64,000 nucleotides of DNA from positions 34,853 through 98,852 of the forward strand of contig CAYGPJ010000008.1 of the NCBI GenBank assembly GCA_964351865.1, in the 5' to 3' direction. Below, piece after piece: positions 51,449 to 60,560 of this stretch; the first letter of the stretch is position 1; each line of letters opens with the position of its first letter. Under the pieces are notes generated by a model. It made no database searches. It was not told the DNA's origin and saw only the letters and a list, made by a program, of their open reading frames with translations. Both the position numbers and the translations under genes were made by a program. The DNA comes from an uncultured Blastochloridaceae bacterium. Lineage in GTDB: Bacteria; Verrucomicrobiota; Verrucomicrobiia; Methylacidiphilales; JBCBYL01.

Positions 51449-52534
51449 TCAGTATTTAAGCTCTGGCAGGGAGGTCTCCGCCACATATTTGAGTAAACCG
51501 GGATAACGTTTAACGATACTGACGGCGTGGGCACCACGCGCGGGTTTGATGGCCAGCCAGCGGCTCAGGTGATTCTGAAAAAAGATCTGTCGGTTAAACA
51601 GGTTTTTATGACGATGACGCCACATCGGGCCTAGATGGAAGGCGGGTCGCTGTTCGGCTAGATGGCTGATACACAAATTTGCGGCGTCCCAGGCTGAGTG
51701 GAGTGCCATGTAGATGCCTTCCCCGGTAAACGGCTCCACCATTTTGGCGGCGTCACCCAGCAGCAGCACATTTCGATCGCCGGCAATGTTATCAGAACGA
51801 CTGATGGGGAAAGTGCTTTTCCAACCTAGCGGCGGCAGTCCATCGAAAAAGCGGTCGGCAATCATTTGTGGGGTGTTGAAACTGTTACTGTCCAGCATTA
51901 GGCAGAGGTTGGCTTCTTTTTCAGAGTAGCGTACCAACCCGAAGTAGCCTTCTTCGAAAAACTTGATGTGAATCTGGTCATCGGCCATTGCGGCTGGAAT
52001 ACTGGTTTGCCAGCCGATGCGGGAACAGGTGCGCCGACCTCGATCCAGTCCGGCGGCACGGGCAATCCAGGAATTTCTGCCATCGGCACCTACGATTAGA
52101 GTTCCTCCGAACGTTCCTTCGCTGGTCACGAGCTCGGTTCGGTTTTCATAACTACGCAGGTTGACGGAGGTCAGGCATTCAGCTCCGGCCTCAATCGCTT
52201 TTAATCGCAGCCACTCGTCCAGCACGAGGCGAGATACGGCACGTTCTTCCCGTTGGCTGGGTGCGTAGGAAACGCCTAGAGGTTCTTCATATTCGCTACT
52301 GACTTTGAAACCTTCAACGCGGTGATGCGGTAATTCCCTGAAAGACTCTTCGAGTCCGGCTGCTTTCCAGATACTCCAGCATTTGGCATTCAGGCAGTCG
52401 CCGCAGACTTTCTGGCGGGGGAAGTAGGATTTATCCAGCAGCAGCACTTTAAAACCGGCCCGTGCGGTAAGATATGAAAATAACGAACCGGCTGGCCCGG
52501 CACCCACCACGATCATGTCGTAGCGATCCGGCAT
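51449..52534 (-). CDS. FAD-dependent oxidoreductase, geranylgeranyl-reductase-like family
   Basis: 361 aa. The N-terminal YDMIVVGAGPAGSLFSYLTARAGFKVLLLDK is a GxGxxG dinucleotide fold. Also LLLGDAAKMVEPFTGEGI. Confidence 0.6.
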   Translation of the reverse strand: MPDRYDMIVVGAGPAGSLFSYLTARAGFKVLLLDKSYFPRQKVCGDCLNAKCWSIWKAAGLEESFRELPHHRVEGFKVSSEYEEPLGVSYAPSQREERAVSRLVLDEWLRLKAIEAGAECLTSVNLRSYENRTELVTSEGTFGGTLIVGADGRNSWIARAAGLDRGRRTCSRIGWQTSIPAAMADDQIHIKFFEEGYFGLVRYSEKEANLCLMLDSNSFNTPQMIADRFFDGLPPLGWKSTFPISRSDNIAGDRNVLLLGDAAKMVEPFTGEGIYMALHSAWDAANLCISHLAEQRPAFHLGPMWRHRHKNLFNRQIFFQNHLSRWLAIKPARGAHAVSIVKRYPGLLKYVAETSLPELKY

Positions 52535-52535
52535 A

Positions 52536-52988
52536 TTAGAGAGGCTCGTGATTCGATTTGGATGGAGAATTGATCTCGGAGGCGAGATCAGAATCGGTAG
52601 AGGAGTCAGAATTCAAGTCGGAGTCGGAATCGGACTTGGACCCAAGTGTCGTCTCTCTGATTTGCTGCAGGATGTTTAAGACCCGGTCACCACGTTCGAT
52701 GGTGGTGTCGTATTCAAAGGTCAGGCGCGGGGTGTATTTCATGCGCACCCGCTGCCCGATGGCGCGGTACCATTGATGCCCCAGTTCGTTGAGTAGTTTC
52801 GAGGTCTCTTCGATGTTGAGCTTGGGTTTCAAACTGCTGTAATAAACAGTGGCCTGTTTGAAATCAGGGGCCAGTGAAATATCAATGAGGGTGATCAGAT
52901 AGCCCTCCAGACGTTTTTCGCGCGCAATCAGACGGCTGAGCTCCACTTTAAGGAGCTCACATACCCGCTGATTTCGTCGGCCTGCCAT
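52536..52988 (-). CDS. rbfA: ribosome-binding factor A with a Ser/Asp-rich C-terminal tail
   Basis: 150 aa. RVCELLKVELSRLI...ISLAPDFKQATVYYS...TPRLTFEYD. Position after infB. Confidence 0.8.
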   Translation of the reverse strand: MAGRRNQRVCELLKVELSRLIAREKRLEGYLITLIDISLAPDFKQATVYYSSLKPKLNIEETSKLLNELGHQWYRAIGQRVRMKYTPRLTFEYDTTIERGDRVLNILQQIRETTLGSKSDSDSDLNSDSSTDSDLASEINSPSKSNHEPL

Positions 52989-52995
52989 GGTGCCC

Positions 52996-55137
52996 TCAGA
53001 GGGTCTGCGCTACTTTTTCCAGTTCGTAGCACTCAATGATATCGCCTTCTTCATATTCATTGAATTTTCCAAGGCGAATACCACATTCCATGCCGGCACG
53101 CACTTCGTTGACGTCGTCCTGGAAGCGTTTGAGAGTGACCACGCCACCATCGTAGATAGGCTGCTTGCGGCGGACCACACGAGCACGAGCTGACTTGGTT
53201 ACCCGACCTGAATCGACGACGCAACCAGCGACCGGGAATTTGGTCAGTTTGAAGACTTTCTTGACCGAAGCATGTCCAATGACATTTTCGCGCTCTTCCG
53301 GATCCAGCAGTCCTTCCATGGACTCCTTTACCTGATCCAGCAGTTCGTAAATGATACTGAAGAGCTTGATCTGTACTTCTTCCTTTTTAGCTGCGCTTGC
53401 CGCGTTGTTTTCAGTCTTGGTATTGAAACCCAGCACGACAGCACTGGAGGCCTTGGCCAGCAGCACGTCATTCTCTGAAATCGGGCCGACCGAGGTCATG
53501 ATGAAGTTCAGGTCAATCTTGTCATTGGGGATTTTCTTAAGGGAGTCAACGATCGCTTCCAGTGAACCCTGAACATCCGCTTTGATAATCAGGTTCAATG
53601 TTTTCTTCTGACCATCTGCGATAGAGCTGAATAGACCTTCCAGCGTGACGGGACGATCAGCACCGAGTTTGTCCAGGCGTTTGGTCTGGGTGCGTTCTTC
53701 CGAGAGGGTGCGAGCCTGCTTCTCGTTTTTCATCACGGTCATTTCTTCGCCAGGACTTGGTGCCCCAGAAAAGCCGAGCACCTGAACTGGAGTGGAAGGG
53801 CCGGCCTCTTTGACCTGCTTGCCTTCATCGTTGATCAGGGCTTTCACTTTGCCCCAGTAAGGGCCGCAAATGAAGGCATCTCCGCGCCGCAAGGTGCCGT
53901 GCTGAACGATCACCGTGGCATTCGGTCCTTTACCGATTTCCACCTGACTCTCGATCACACTGGCGTGTGGAGTGGTGTTGGGGTCTGCTTTGAGCTCCAT
54001 CATTTCCGCTTGCAGCAGCATCAACTCCAGCAATTCGGGAACGCCTTGACCGGTGGTCGCGGAGACTTCGCAGACGATGGTATCGCCGCCCCAATCTTCC
54101 GAGGCCAGTTCTTTTTCCTGTAGCTGTGCTTTAACGTTGTCCGGGTTTGCTGATTTGAGATCGATTTTATTGATGGCGACCATAATGGTGACGCCCGCAG
54201 CTTTGGCATGCTGAATGGCTTCCAGCGTCTGAGGCATCAAGCCATCATCGGCAGCAACGACCAGCACCACGATATCAGTCACATTGGCTCCGCGGGCACG
54301 CATGGCCGTGAATGCCGCGTGGCCGGGGGTGTCGAGGAAAGTGATTAATTTGCCTTCACGTTCGATCTGGTAAGCACCGATGTGCTGGGTAATTCCACCG
54401 GCTTCACCAGCGGTGACTTTGGCCTTGCGGATGGCGTCCAACAAGGATGTCTTGCCGTGATCCACGTGTCCCATGAAGGTAATGACTGGAGGCCGCTCTT
54501 TGAGATCGGCATTGTCTTTTTCGGTCTCTTTGGTCGGCTCGGGTGGAGCTGGAGGCTCTTCAATGACTTCCTCCTGTTTATGGAACCCCCCGCCTTTTTC
54601 GCGTCTTTCGAGTTCAAATTGAAAGCCTTTGGATTCGCAGACCTTGCGGGCGGTCTCTTCATCGATGGTCTGATTCAGCGTGGCGAAAACGTTCATTTCC
54701 ATCAGTTCGTGAACCACCTGAAAAGGTTTGAGATTCAACTGAGCCGCCAGTTCTTTGACCACGATTGGCGGCTTCATGATGATCATGTTTTCCGGGACGG
54801 GCTCAGGTTCAGGTGCGGGTGCGGGCTTGGGAGCCGGCTTTTTAGTCTTAACCACCGCATCCATGATGGATACCGGATCTTTATCCTCATCTTCCTCCAC
54901 CTCAGGCTCTGCGACGACTTCGGGCTCAGGTGCGGGCTTAGGTTCAGGTTTAGCTTTAGGCTTTACAATGGCATCCATGATCGAAACTGGATCTTTTTCC
55001 CGCTCAACTTTCTCGACTTTCTCTGCTTCGTTAATTTCGGCAGGAGCCGGCTTCACTTCCTTCTCAACTTTAGCAGCTGAGGGAGCTTTCTTTTTAGCGG
55101 TTTTTTTTGCGGGGGCCTTAGCTTTTCCTGATGGCAT
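52996..55137 (-). CDS. infB: translation initiation factor IF-2
   Basis: 713 aa. Contains [20 protein letters not shown] and NKID. The N-terminus is Pro/Lys/Glu-rich. Confidence 0.97.
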   Translation of the reverse strand: MPSGKAKAPAKKTAKKKAPSAAKVEKEVKPAPAEINEAEKVEKVEREKDPVSIMDAIVKPKAKPEPKPAPEPEVVAEPEVEEDEDKDPVSIMDAVVKTKKPAPKPAPAPEPEPVPENMIIMKPPIVVKELAAQLNLKPFQVVHELMEMNVFATLNQTIDEETARKVCESKGFQFELERREKGGGFHKQEEVIEEPPAPPEPTKETEKDNADLKERPPVITFMGHVDHGKTSLLDAIRKAKVTAGEAGGITQHIGAYQIEREGKLITFLDTPGHAAFTAMRARGANVTDIVVLVVAADDGLMPQTLEAIQHAKAAGVTIMVAINKIDLKSANPDNVKAQLQEKELASEDWGGDTIVCEVSATTGQGVPELLELMLLQAEMMELKADPNTTPHASVIESQVEIGKGPNATVIVQHGTLRRGDAFICGPYWGKVKALINDEGKQVKEAGPSTPVQVLGFSGAPSPGEEMTVMKNEKQARTLSEERTQTKRLDKLGADRPVTLEGLFSSIADGQKKTLNLIIKADVQGSLEAIVDSLKKIPNDKIDLNFIMTSVGPISENDVLLAKASSAVVLGFNTKTENNAASAAKKEEVQIKLFSIIYELLDQVKESMEGLLDPEERENVIGHASVKKVFKLTKFPVAGCVVDSGRVTKSARARVVRRKQPIYDGGVVTLKRFQDDVNEVRAGMECGIRLGKFNEYEEGDIIECYELEKVAQTL

Positions 55138-55181
55138 ATAAATTTATTATCGGTTACCTGATCTTAACTGGTTGCTTCTTT

Positions 55182-56423
55182 TTAGGGGTTTTTAACATTG
55201 TCGAGCAGATTGGTCAAAACTGCTTCATCCACATCGGGTAATGCTTCTTTTAAATCTTCGATTGTGGCTTCGACCAGACCCTCACGGGTGGCGAATCCCA
55301 CACCGACCAGTTGTTGCGCCAGTTCGGTATCAATCGAAAGTGCGGCAGCGAGCTTGTCGACGGCTTCTTTGATTTTGTCCTCGAAGCTGGCGACGTGGAT
55401 TTCTTCCTTCTCGATGTCGATTTCCCAGCCGGTCAGTTTTGAGGTGAGGCGGGCATTCTGGCCGCGACGTCCGATCGCTAATGAAAGATTCTCTTCATCG
55501 ACCAGGATCTTGGCGTATTTCTTCTCTTCATCGATTTCGATACCTTTAGGATGCGCTGGCTTGAGAGCTTCAATGATCAGTTCTTTGATATTATCGGACC
55601 AGCGAAACAAATCGATTTTCTCGTTGTTGAGTTCGCGCACAATATTCTTCACCCGCGATCCACGCAGGCCAACACAGGCGCCGACCGGATCGATTTTCTG
55701 ATCATCAGACCAGACTGCGATTTTGGTGCGGTAGCCAGCCTCACGAGCCAGACCTTTCATCACCACGGTGCCGTCGAGCAGTTCATTTACTTCCAATTCA
55801 AAAAGCTTTTTAACGAATTCCGGATGACTGCGGGTCAGCACAATACGGGGACCACGCGGAGTGCTGTCGACGGAAAGGATCATGGCGCGGACGCGGTCGC
55901 CGGGAGTGTAGTCCTCGGTAGGAACGCGCTCTCTGGATGGCATGTAGCCTTCAAATTTTCCAAGATCAACGACAACATCCGATCGTTCAAAACGACGCAC
56001 GGTTCCACTGACGATTTCGCCGACACGATCCTTGTATTCGTCGAAAACCATGGTCTTTTCGATGCTGCGGATATTTTGGTTGATGGTCTGTTTGAAGACC
56101 TGAGCAGCAATTCGACCAAAATCCTTCGGAGTGACTTCTACTTCGACCATGGCACCGAGGCGGGCATTGATGTCGGAGCGGCGTGCTTTGGTCAAAGAAA
56201 TTTCCTGATAAGGATCAACCACTTTTTCCACTGCGCGCAGGGTGGCGAATGCTTTGATCTCACCGTTTTTAGGGTTCATCACGACTCGCAACTCATTGGC
56301 CGGGCCCATGCTTTTACGTGACGCTGAAAGGAGAGCGGATTCAATGGCACTGATCATCGTCTTGCGATCGATACCTTTTTCCTTCTCCATGTAGTCTAAT
56401 ACTGCCAAAAATTCCTGACTCAT
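55182..56423 (-). CDS. nusA: transcription termination/antitermination factor NusA
   Basis: 413 aa from the ATG at 56423 (MSQEFLAVLDYMEKEKGI...). S1 segment GEIVSGTVRRFERSDVVVDLG and KH segments (PVGACVGLRGSRVKNI, LAIGRRGQNARL). Confidence 0.93.
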   Translation of the reverse strand: MSQEFLAVLDYMEKEKGIDRKTMISAIESALLSASRKSMGPANELRVVMNPKNGEIKAFATLRAVEKVVDPYQEISLTKARRSDINARLGAMVEVEVTPKDFGRIAAQVFKQTINQNIRSIEKTMVFDEYKDRVGEIVSGTVRRFERSDVVVDLGKFEGYMPSRERVPTEDYTPGDRVRAMILSVDSTPRGPRIVLTRSHPEFVKKLFELEVNELLDGTVVMKGLAREAGYRTKIAVWSDDQKIDPVGACVGLRGSRVKNIVRELNNEKIDLFRWSDNIKELIIEALKPAHPKGIEIDEEKKYAKILVDEENLSLAIGRRGQNARLTSKLTGWEIDIEKEEIHVASFEDKIKEAVDKLAAALSIDTELAQQLVGVGFATREGLVEATIEDLKEALPDVDEAVLTNLLDNVKNP

Positions 56424-56458
56424 TACTTTTACCCTAAATATTTTGTTGTTGTTGGTAG

Positions 56459-56495
56459 AAAAAAATGAGTGGAAACCATACAGGGGTTTCCACTC
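56459..56495 (-). promoter_or_regulatory. intrinsic-terminator-like hairpin in the nusA leader (attenuator candidate)
   Basis: On the minus strand, gagtggaaacc-cctgtat-ggtttccactc is an 11-bp stem followed by a-ttttttt. It ends about 35 nt upstream of the nusA ATG. Confidence 0.5.
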
Positions 56496-56573
56496 AAGCA
56501 ATTTTCTACGCTTGTTAACCGCGGCTGAAATGTTAATCCAAAGAAGATAGCGGTCAAGAGAGGAGTCACAAAA

Positions 56574-57395
56574 ATGTCAGAAATAATAAAATCACTCGGC
56601 CTGATTGCCGGCAAAGGAGCCTATCCGGCGTTGGTGATGACTGAGGCTCGCCGGGCCGGGGTGTCGCATATTGCCATGGCTGCGTTTGAGGGGGAGACCT
56701 CACCAGCAGTGGCTGCGATGGCCGACGAAGTGGTCTGGATGCGGGTAGGCCAGTTGGGCAAACTGATTCGATCGCTCAAGCAGTTCGGCGTGGCGGATGC
56801 CATGATGGCCGGACAAATCACACCGGGCCGCCTGTTTGATCTGCGCCCCGATTGGAAAGCGCTCAAGGTATTACTCAGCCTGAAACGCCGCAATGCGGAG
56901 ACGCTGTTCGGTGCGGTAGCGGATTCATTGGAGCATGCCGGCATCCGCTTGCTGCCGGCGACCCAGTATCTGGATGAATATGTGGCAGGGGAAGGCCGAT
57001 TAGCAGGGCCACGGGCAGACCGGCAACTGAAGTGGGATCTGGATACAGCCTGGCCCGTGATTACGCAATTGAGTGCGCTGGATGTCGGCCAGTGTGTGGT
57101 GGTGAAAAAAGGTACGATTTTGGCAGTGGAAGGCTATGACGGCACCAATGCCACCATCCGACGGGGCGGTGAATTGGGACGAGGCGGGGCAACCCTCTGT
57201 AAAATTTCCAAACCTGATCAGGATTTCCGGTTTGATGTGCCAGTGATCGGAATGGATACGGTCAAGGCTTGTCACGATGCGGGGATTAAGCGCATCATCC
57301 TCGAGAGCGGCAGAGCTTTGATTTTGGATAAAGAAGAGGTGTTCGAGTTTTGTCGTCAACAGGGGATTACGCTCTGGGGCCACCAAGCCATTTAG
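56574..57395 (+). CDS. lpxI: UDP-2,3-diacylglucosamine hydrolase LpxI (DUF1009 family)
   Basis: 273 aa. LGLIAGKGAYPALV, DVGQCVVVKKGTILAVEGYDGTNATIRR and KPDQDFRFDVPVIGMDTV follow the LpxI pattern seen in Caulobacter LpxI. Confidence 0.8.
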   Translation: MSEIIKSLGLIAGKGAYPALVMTEARRAGVSHIAMAAFEGETSPAVAAMADEVVWMRVGQLGKLIRSLKQFGVADAMMAGQITPGRLFDLRPDWKALKVLLSLKRRNAETLFGAVADSLEHAGIRLLPATQYLDEYVAGEGRLAGPRADRQLKWDLDTAWPVITQLSALDVGQCVVVKKGTILAVEGYDGTNATIRRGGELGRGGATLCKISKPDQDFRFDVPVIGMDTVKACHDAGIKRIILESGRALILDKEEVFEFCRQQGITLWGHQAI

Positions 57396-57460
57396 GATTT
57401 ATGATTTTCGATTTAGGATGGATTTCCTTTGGGAAACGGAACGCGACCGTCTCGGTCGCT

Positions 57461-57493
57461 CGGCTTGGCGTCTCGCCGAGCCGTCTTTTTATT
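57461..57493 (+). terminator. rho-independent terminator after lpxI
   Basis: cggcttggcg-tct-cgccgagccg is a 10-bp stem (one G-U pair) followed by tctttttattt. Confidence 0.6.
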
Positions 57494-57638
57494 TGGCACT
57501 TAGGCAGGATGCCCAAGTGTGCGACCATGATGGTCGCGTTCCGTGAGAATCCGGAACGGAAATTCGACATACTAGCGGCAGTTAAGCTCAGGGTTATGCC
57601 GGGCATTGGATTATGATTTTCAAGAAAAGGAACGACGA

Positions 57639-58565
57639 ATGAATAAAGTGAAAACGGGAGTGATCGGGGTCGGTCACATGGGGTGCAGTCATGCACGCAT
57701 TTACAGCGAACTGAAGCAGTCGGAATTCATCGGGATTTATGATCCGGATAAAAAACAGGCACGAAAGATCGCGGAACAGTACGGTTGCACGGCGTTTGAG
57801 TCGCTACCCGAATTTCTGAATTCAGTCGAGGCGGTGACGATAGCCGCCCCGACGTCCGAGCATTACCGCCTGGCAGAAATTTGCATGGATTCAAAAATTC
57901 ACATCTTGGTCGAGAAGCCATTGACGCCGACCACGCAGGAAGCCTTGAAGTTGGTGGAACTGGCGACCAAGCGCGAAGTGGTTTTGCAGGTCGGCCACAT
58001 CGAACGTTTTAATCCGGTGCTCAAAGCGCTGGAAGAGCGGTTGACGCGACCTCGCTTTATCGAGGCACATCGGTTATCGCCTTACCCCGGCCGCAGCCTG
58101 GACATCGGAGTGGTGATGGATCTGATGATTCATGACATTGAAATTATTTTGCATCTGGTGCGCTCGCCTTTGAAGTCGGTGGATGCGGTAGGAGTCGCCG
58201 TGCTGAGTAAGAGCGAGGACATTGCCAATGCCCGCTTGCGATTCGAAAATGGCTGCGTGGCCAACATTACCACCAGCCGGATCAGTCCGGACAAGATGAG
58301 AAAAATACGAGTCTTTCAGGACGATGCTTACCTCTCGCTGGATTATCAGAATCAGGAGGGCGAGATTTACAAAAAGGGCCCGTTTGGAATTTCCAGAAAG
58401 AAAATCGACGTCATGAAGGGGGAACCTTTACAGAATGAGCTGGCGGCATTTCTCGACTGTGTGCAGACGAAAGGGGATCCCATCGTCTCCGGGCGCCATG
58501 CCGCGGAAGCGTTGCGGGTAGCTGCGCTGGTATGCGAAGAGATCGGGGATCTGAAGGCTCCCTGA
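57639..58565 (+). CDS. Gfo/Idh/MocA-family NAD(P)-dependent oxidoreductase (GnnA-like by context)
   Basis: 308 aa from ATG 57639 (MNKVKTGVIGVGHMGCSHARIY). An AAGGA Shine-Dalgarno sequence lies 8 nt upstream. The EKP motif (LVEKPLT) is present. It sits between lpxI and lpxB. Confidence 0.8.
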   Translation: MNKVKTGVIGVGHMGCSHARIYSELKQSEFIGIYDPDKKQARKIAEQYGCTAFESLPEFLNSVEAVTIAAPTSEHYRLAEICMDSKIHILVEKPLTPTTQEALKLVELATKREVVLQVGHIERFNPVLKALEERLTRPRFIEAHRLSPYPGRSLDIGVVMDLMIHDIEIILHLVRSPLKSVDAVGVAVLSKSEDIANARLRFENGCVANITTSRISPDKMRKIRVFQDDAYLSLDYQNQEGEIYKKGPFGISRKKIDVMKGEPLQNELAAFLDCVQTKGDPIVSGRHAAEALRVAALVCEEIGDLKAP

Positions 58566-58585
58566 TCTGATAAAACTTTACGGCT

Positions 58586-59755
58586 ATGGGGCACGAATAC
58601 TATCTGGTAGCTGGAGAGCCAAGTGGAGACCGTCACGCGGCGGCCTTGGCGCGTGCGTTGCGGCAGGCGGATCCTGATGCGGTTGTATCCGGCGTGGGCG
58701 GTAGGCATCTGCGGGCCGCTGGGCAGCAACAACTCTTTGATCTGGCCGCGCATGCCGTGGTCGGGCTGGTAGATGTGATCAGAAACTACGCCGCATTCCG
58801 GCGGATGTTTTATCAGGTGCTGGCCGATGTGGCACAACGTCAGCCGGACGTGGTGGTGCTGATTGATTTCCCCGGCTTTAATCTGCGGCTGGCAAAACAA
58901 CTGCGTAAACGTCATCCGGACATTAAGCTGGTTTACTACATCGCTCCACAGGTGTGGGCATGGAAAAGTGGCCGTGCAAAACAGATGGAGCAATTGCTGG
59001 ATTTGCTGTTGGTGATCTTTCCTTTTGAGCAGAAATGGTTTGAGCTGAATGCCCCTGAACTACCCGTCCAGTGGGTCGGGCATCCGACGCTGGATGAGTG
59101 GGATCAGTCCACCATGGTGGAGTGGGAAAAACGTGATCCCGTGCTCATCCTGCTGCCCGGCAGCCGGCAGCGTGAGATCGAAGCGCATCTGCCGGTTTTT
59201 CTGGAAGGGGTGAAACAACTGCATCCACTGCATCCGGATTTGAAATTTGTGCTGCTGACGCCTGACAGTCAAAAGGCGGAATGGATGAAAAAGAAAATTC
59301 AGCAAACGGAGGGCGTGCCTCCGATTGCGGTGGAAGACGGCTACCATCTGACGCGACTCAGTCACGCGCGACTGGCTTGGGTCGCCTCCGGAACCGCTAC
59401 GCTGGAATGTGCGATGGCCGGATTGCCGATGCTGGTGATTTACAAAACACAGCCACTGACCTGGTGGGTCGGGCGTCAGCTGGTGAAACTCAAATGGCTA
59501 TCGATGGTCAATGTGGTTGCCGGGGAGAAATTAGTCGCTGAATTTCTGCAAAATGATGCCACCCCGGAAGTTTTCAAGGAAGCCTCCATCAAGCTGCTGG
59601 GCTCTGAAGCCGGGCTGTACCGACTGCATCAGGACCTGACGGAGCTGACGGCGCCATTGGCAGGCAATGGCGCTTCGACTCAGGCGGCCTCAGCTATTTC
59701 AGCTTTGCTTGCTGGATCCGGAGCCGGATCCGCCAGCACTGCCGCGTCCGACTAA
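58586..59755 (+). CDS. lpxB: lipid-A-disaccharide synthase
   Basis: 389 aa. The N-terminal YLVAGEPSGDRHAAALARAL, VDFPGFNLRLAKQLRK and SGTATLECAMAGLPMLVIYK are present. Confidence 0.88.
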   Translation: MGHEYYLVAGEPSGDRHAAALARALRQADPDAVVSGVGGRHLRAAGQQQLFDLAAHAVVGLVDVIRNYAAFRRMFYQVLADVAQRQPDVVVLIDFPGFNLRLAKQLRKRHPDIKLVYYIAPQVWAWKSGRAKQMEQLLDLLLVIFPFEQKWFELNAPELPVQWVGHPTLDEWDQSTMVEWEKRDPVLILLPGSRQREIEAHLPVFLEGVKQLHPLHPDLKFVLLTPDSQKAEWMKKKIQQTEGVPPIAVEDGYHLTRLSHARLAWVASGTATLECAMAGLPMLVIYKTQPLTWWVGRQLVKLKWLSMVNVVAGEKLVAEFLQNDATPEVFKEASIKLLGSEAGLYRLHQDLTELTAPLAGNGASTQAASAISALLAGSGAGSASTAASD

Positions 59756-60229
59756 AAATCCGACCACGGCCAGAATGATTGCCAGTATCCAGGGTAACCA
59801 GACCATCGCTGAGGGATCTTCGGCTGCGGGGGCTTCTACCTCCGCAGGATCCGGATCAGTCTCAGGTGTCTCGATGGCTGTGGTAGCGGTTGTCAGTTGT
59901 CCCTGCAGGGAGGCGATTTCCGCTTTGGCGGCTTTGAGCTTTTCATTGAGTTTCTGTTGCTGACCTCTGAGTTTTTTAAGAGAATTTTCGAGTTTATTGA
60001 TGCGGTTATCTTTTTTCTCGAGCGTGGCCTGATGTTTCTCAGTGAGTGCAGCGATCTTTTTATCGCAGTCTGACTCAGTGAAAGCAGCTAACTTGGTGGG
60101 GGTGGCGTCAGCGGTGGGAGGGGTAGGAACCGGGCCGCTTTTGTCGATCTTGTCGCCGGCAACTGCCAGCGGTGCGAGTAGAGTGATTCCGAGGAATACA
60201 GAGAGGACGAAGGGGGATAGTAACTTCAT
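59699..60229 (-). CDS. secreted coiled-coil protein with a C-terminal membrane anchor (hypothetical)
   Basis: 176 aa. Signal peptide MKLLSPFVLSVFLGITLLAPLAVA, a central coiled coil (LENSLKKLRGQQQKLNEKLKAAKAEIASLQGQL), and a C-terminal TM helix VWLPWILAIILAVVGFLVG. Its 3' end overlaps the lpxB 3' end by 57 nt. Confidence 0.55.
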   Translation of the reverse strand: MKLLSPFVLSVFLGITLLAPLAVAGDKIDKSGPVPTPPTADATPTKLAAFTESDCDKKIAALTEKHQATLEKKDNRINKLENSLKKLRGQQQKLNEKLKAAKAEIASLQGQLTTATTAIETPETDPDPAEVEAPAAEDPSAMVWLPWILAIILAVVGFLVGRGSAGGSGSGSSKQS

Positions 60230-60290
60230 GGCGAGACACTATCACAACCAATGTAGATGACAAGCCGCTAAGCCGCTAAAAGGAAATGAG

Positions 60291-60560
60291 GGGTGTGATT
60301 AAGTTTGGTAGCAGCGCAGTAAAGGGACAAACAGATCTAAAGTGACGTAAGGCCTGATAAGCGATGGCGCCATCATAGGGGACGGAGGTAAATATCGAAG
60401 AAATTTACCTCCGTCCCCTATGATTCACCGCGTGTCATGTGAATATCAGTGGCAGATCAAGTTCCTCTCATTCCCTCAGTTTAGACCTCTGCTACTACTA
60501 TCCAACTTCATCCGAGTGTGCCCTTTTCACTTTCCCCTGCTACCAAACTTAATTACACCC
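60291..60560. mobile_element. 270-bp MITE: 24-bp terminal inverted repeats flanked by a 9-bp direct (target-site) duplication
   Basis: TIR-L gggtgtgattaagtttggtagcag (60291-60314) pairs with TIR-R ctgctaccaaacttaattacaccc (60537-60560), 23 of 24 complementary. GGAAATGAG flanks both ends directly (60282-60290 and 60561-60569). There is a central 21-bp inverted repeat with a GGGGACGGAGG core, and no ORF. Confidence 0.8.

Noticed and set aside
55551-56321. 256-aa ORF antisense to nusA, and a 232-aa ORF at 54382-55080 antisense to infB
   Set aside because: These are shadow ORFs. The infB antisense frame is open because of the low-complexity Pro/Lys/Glu-coding repeat.
59667-59963. 98-aa plus-strand ORF overlapping the lpxB 3' end and antisense to 59699-60229
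   Set aside because: It is a low-complexity Ala/Ser/Gly/Pro frame out of frame with lpxB. It has no start context or motif.
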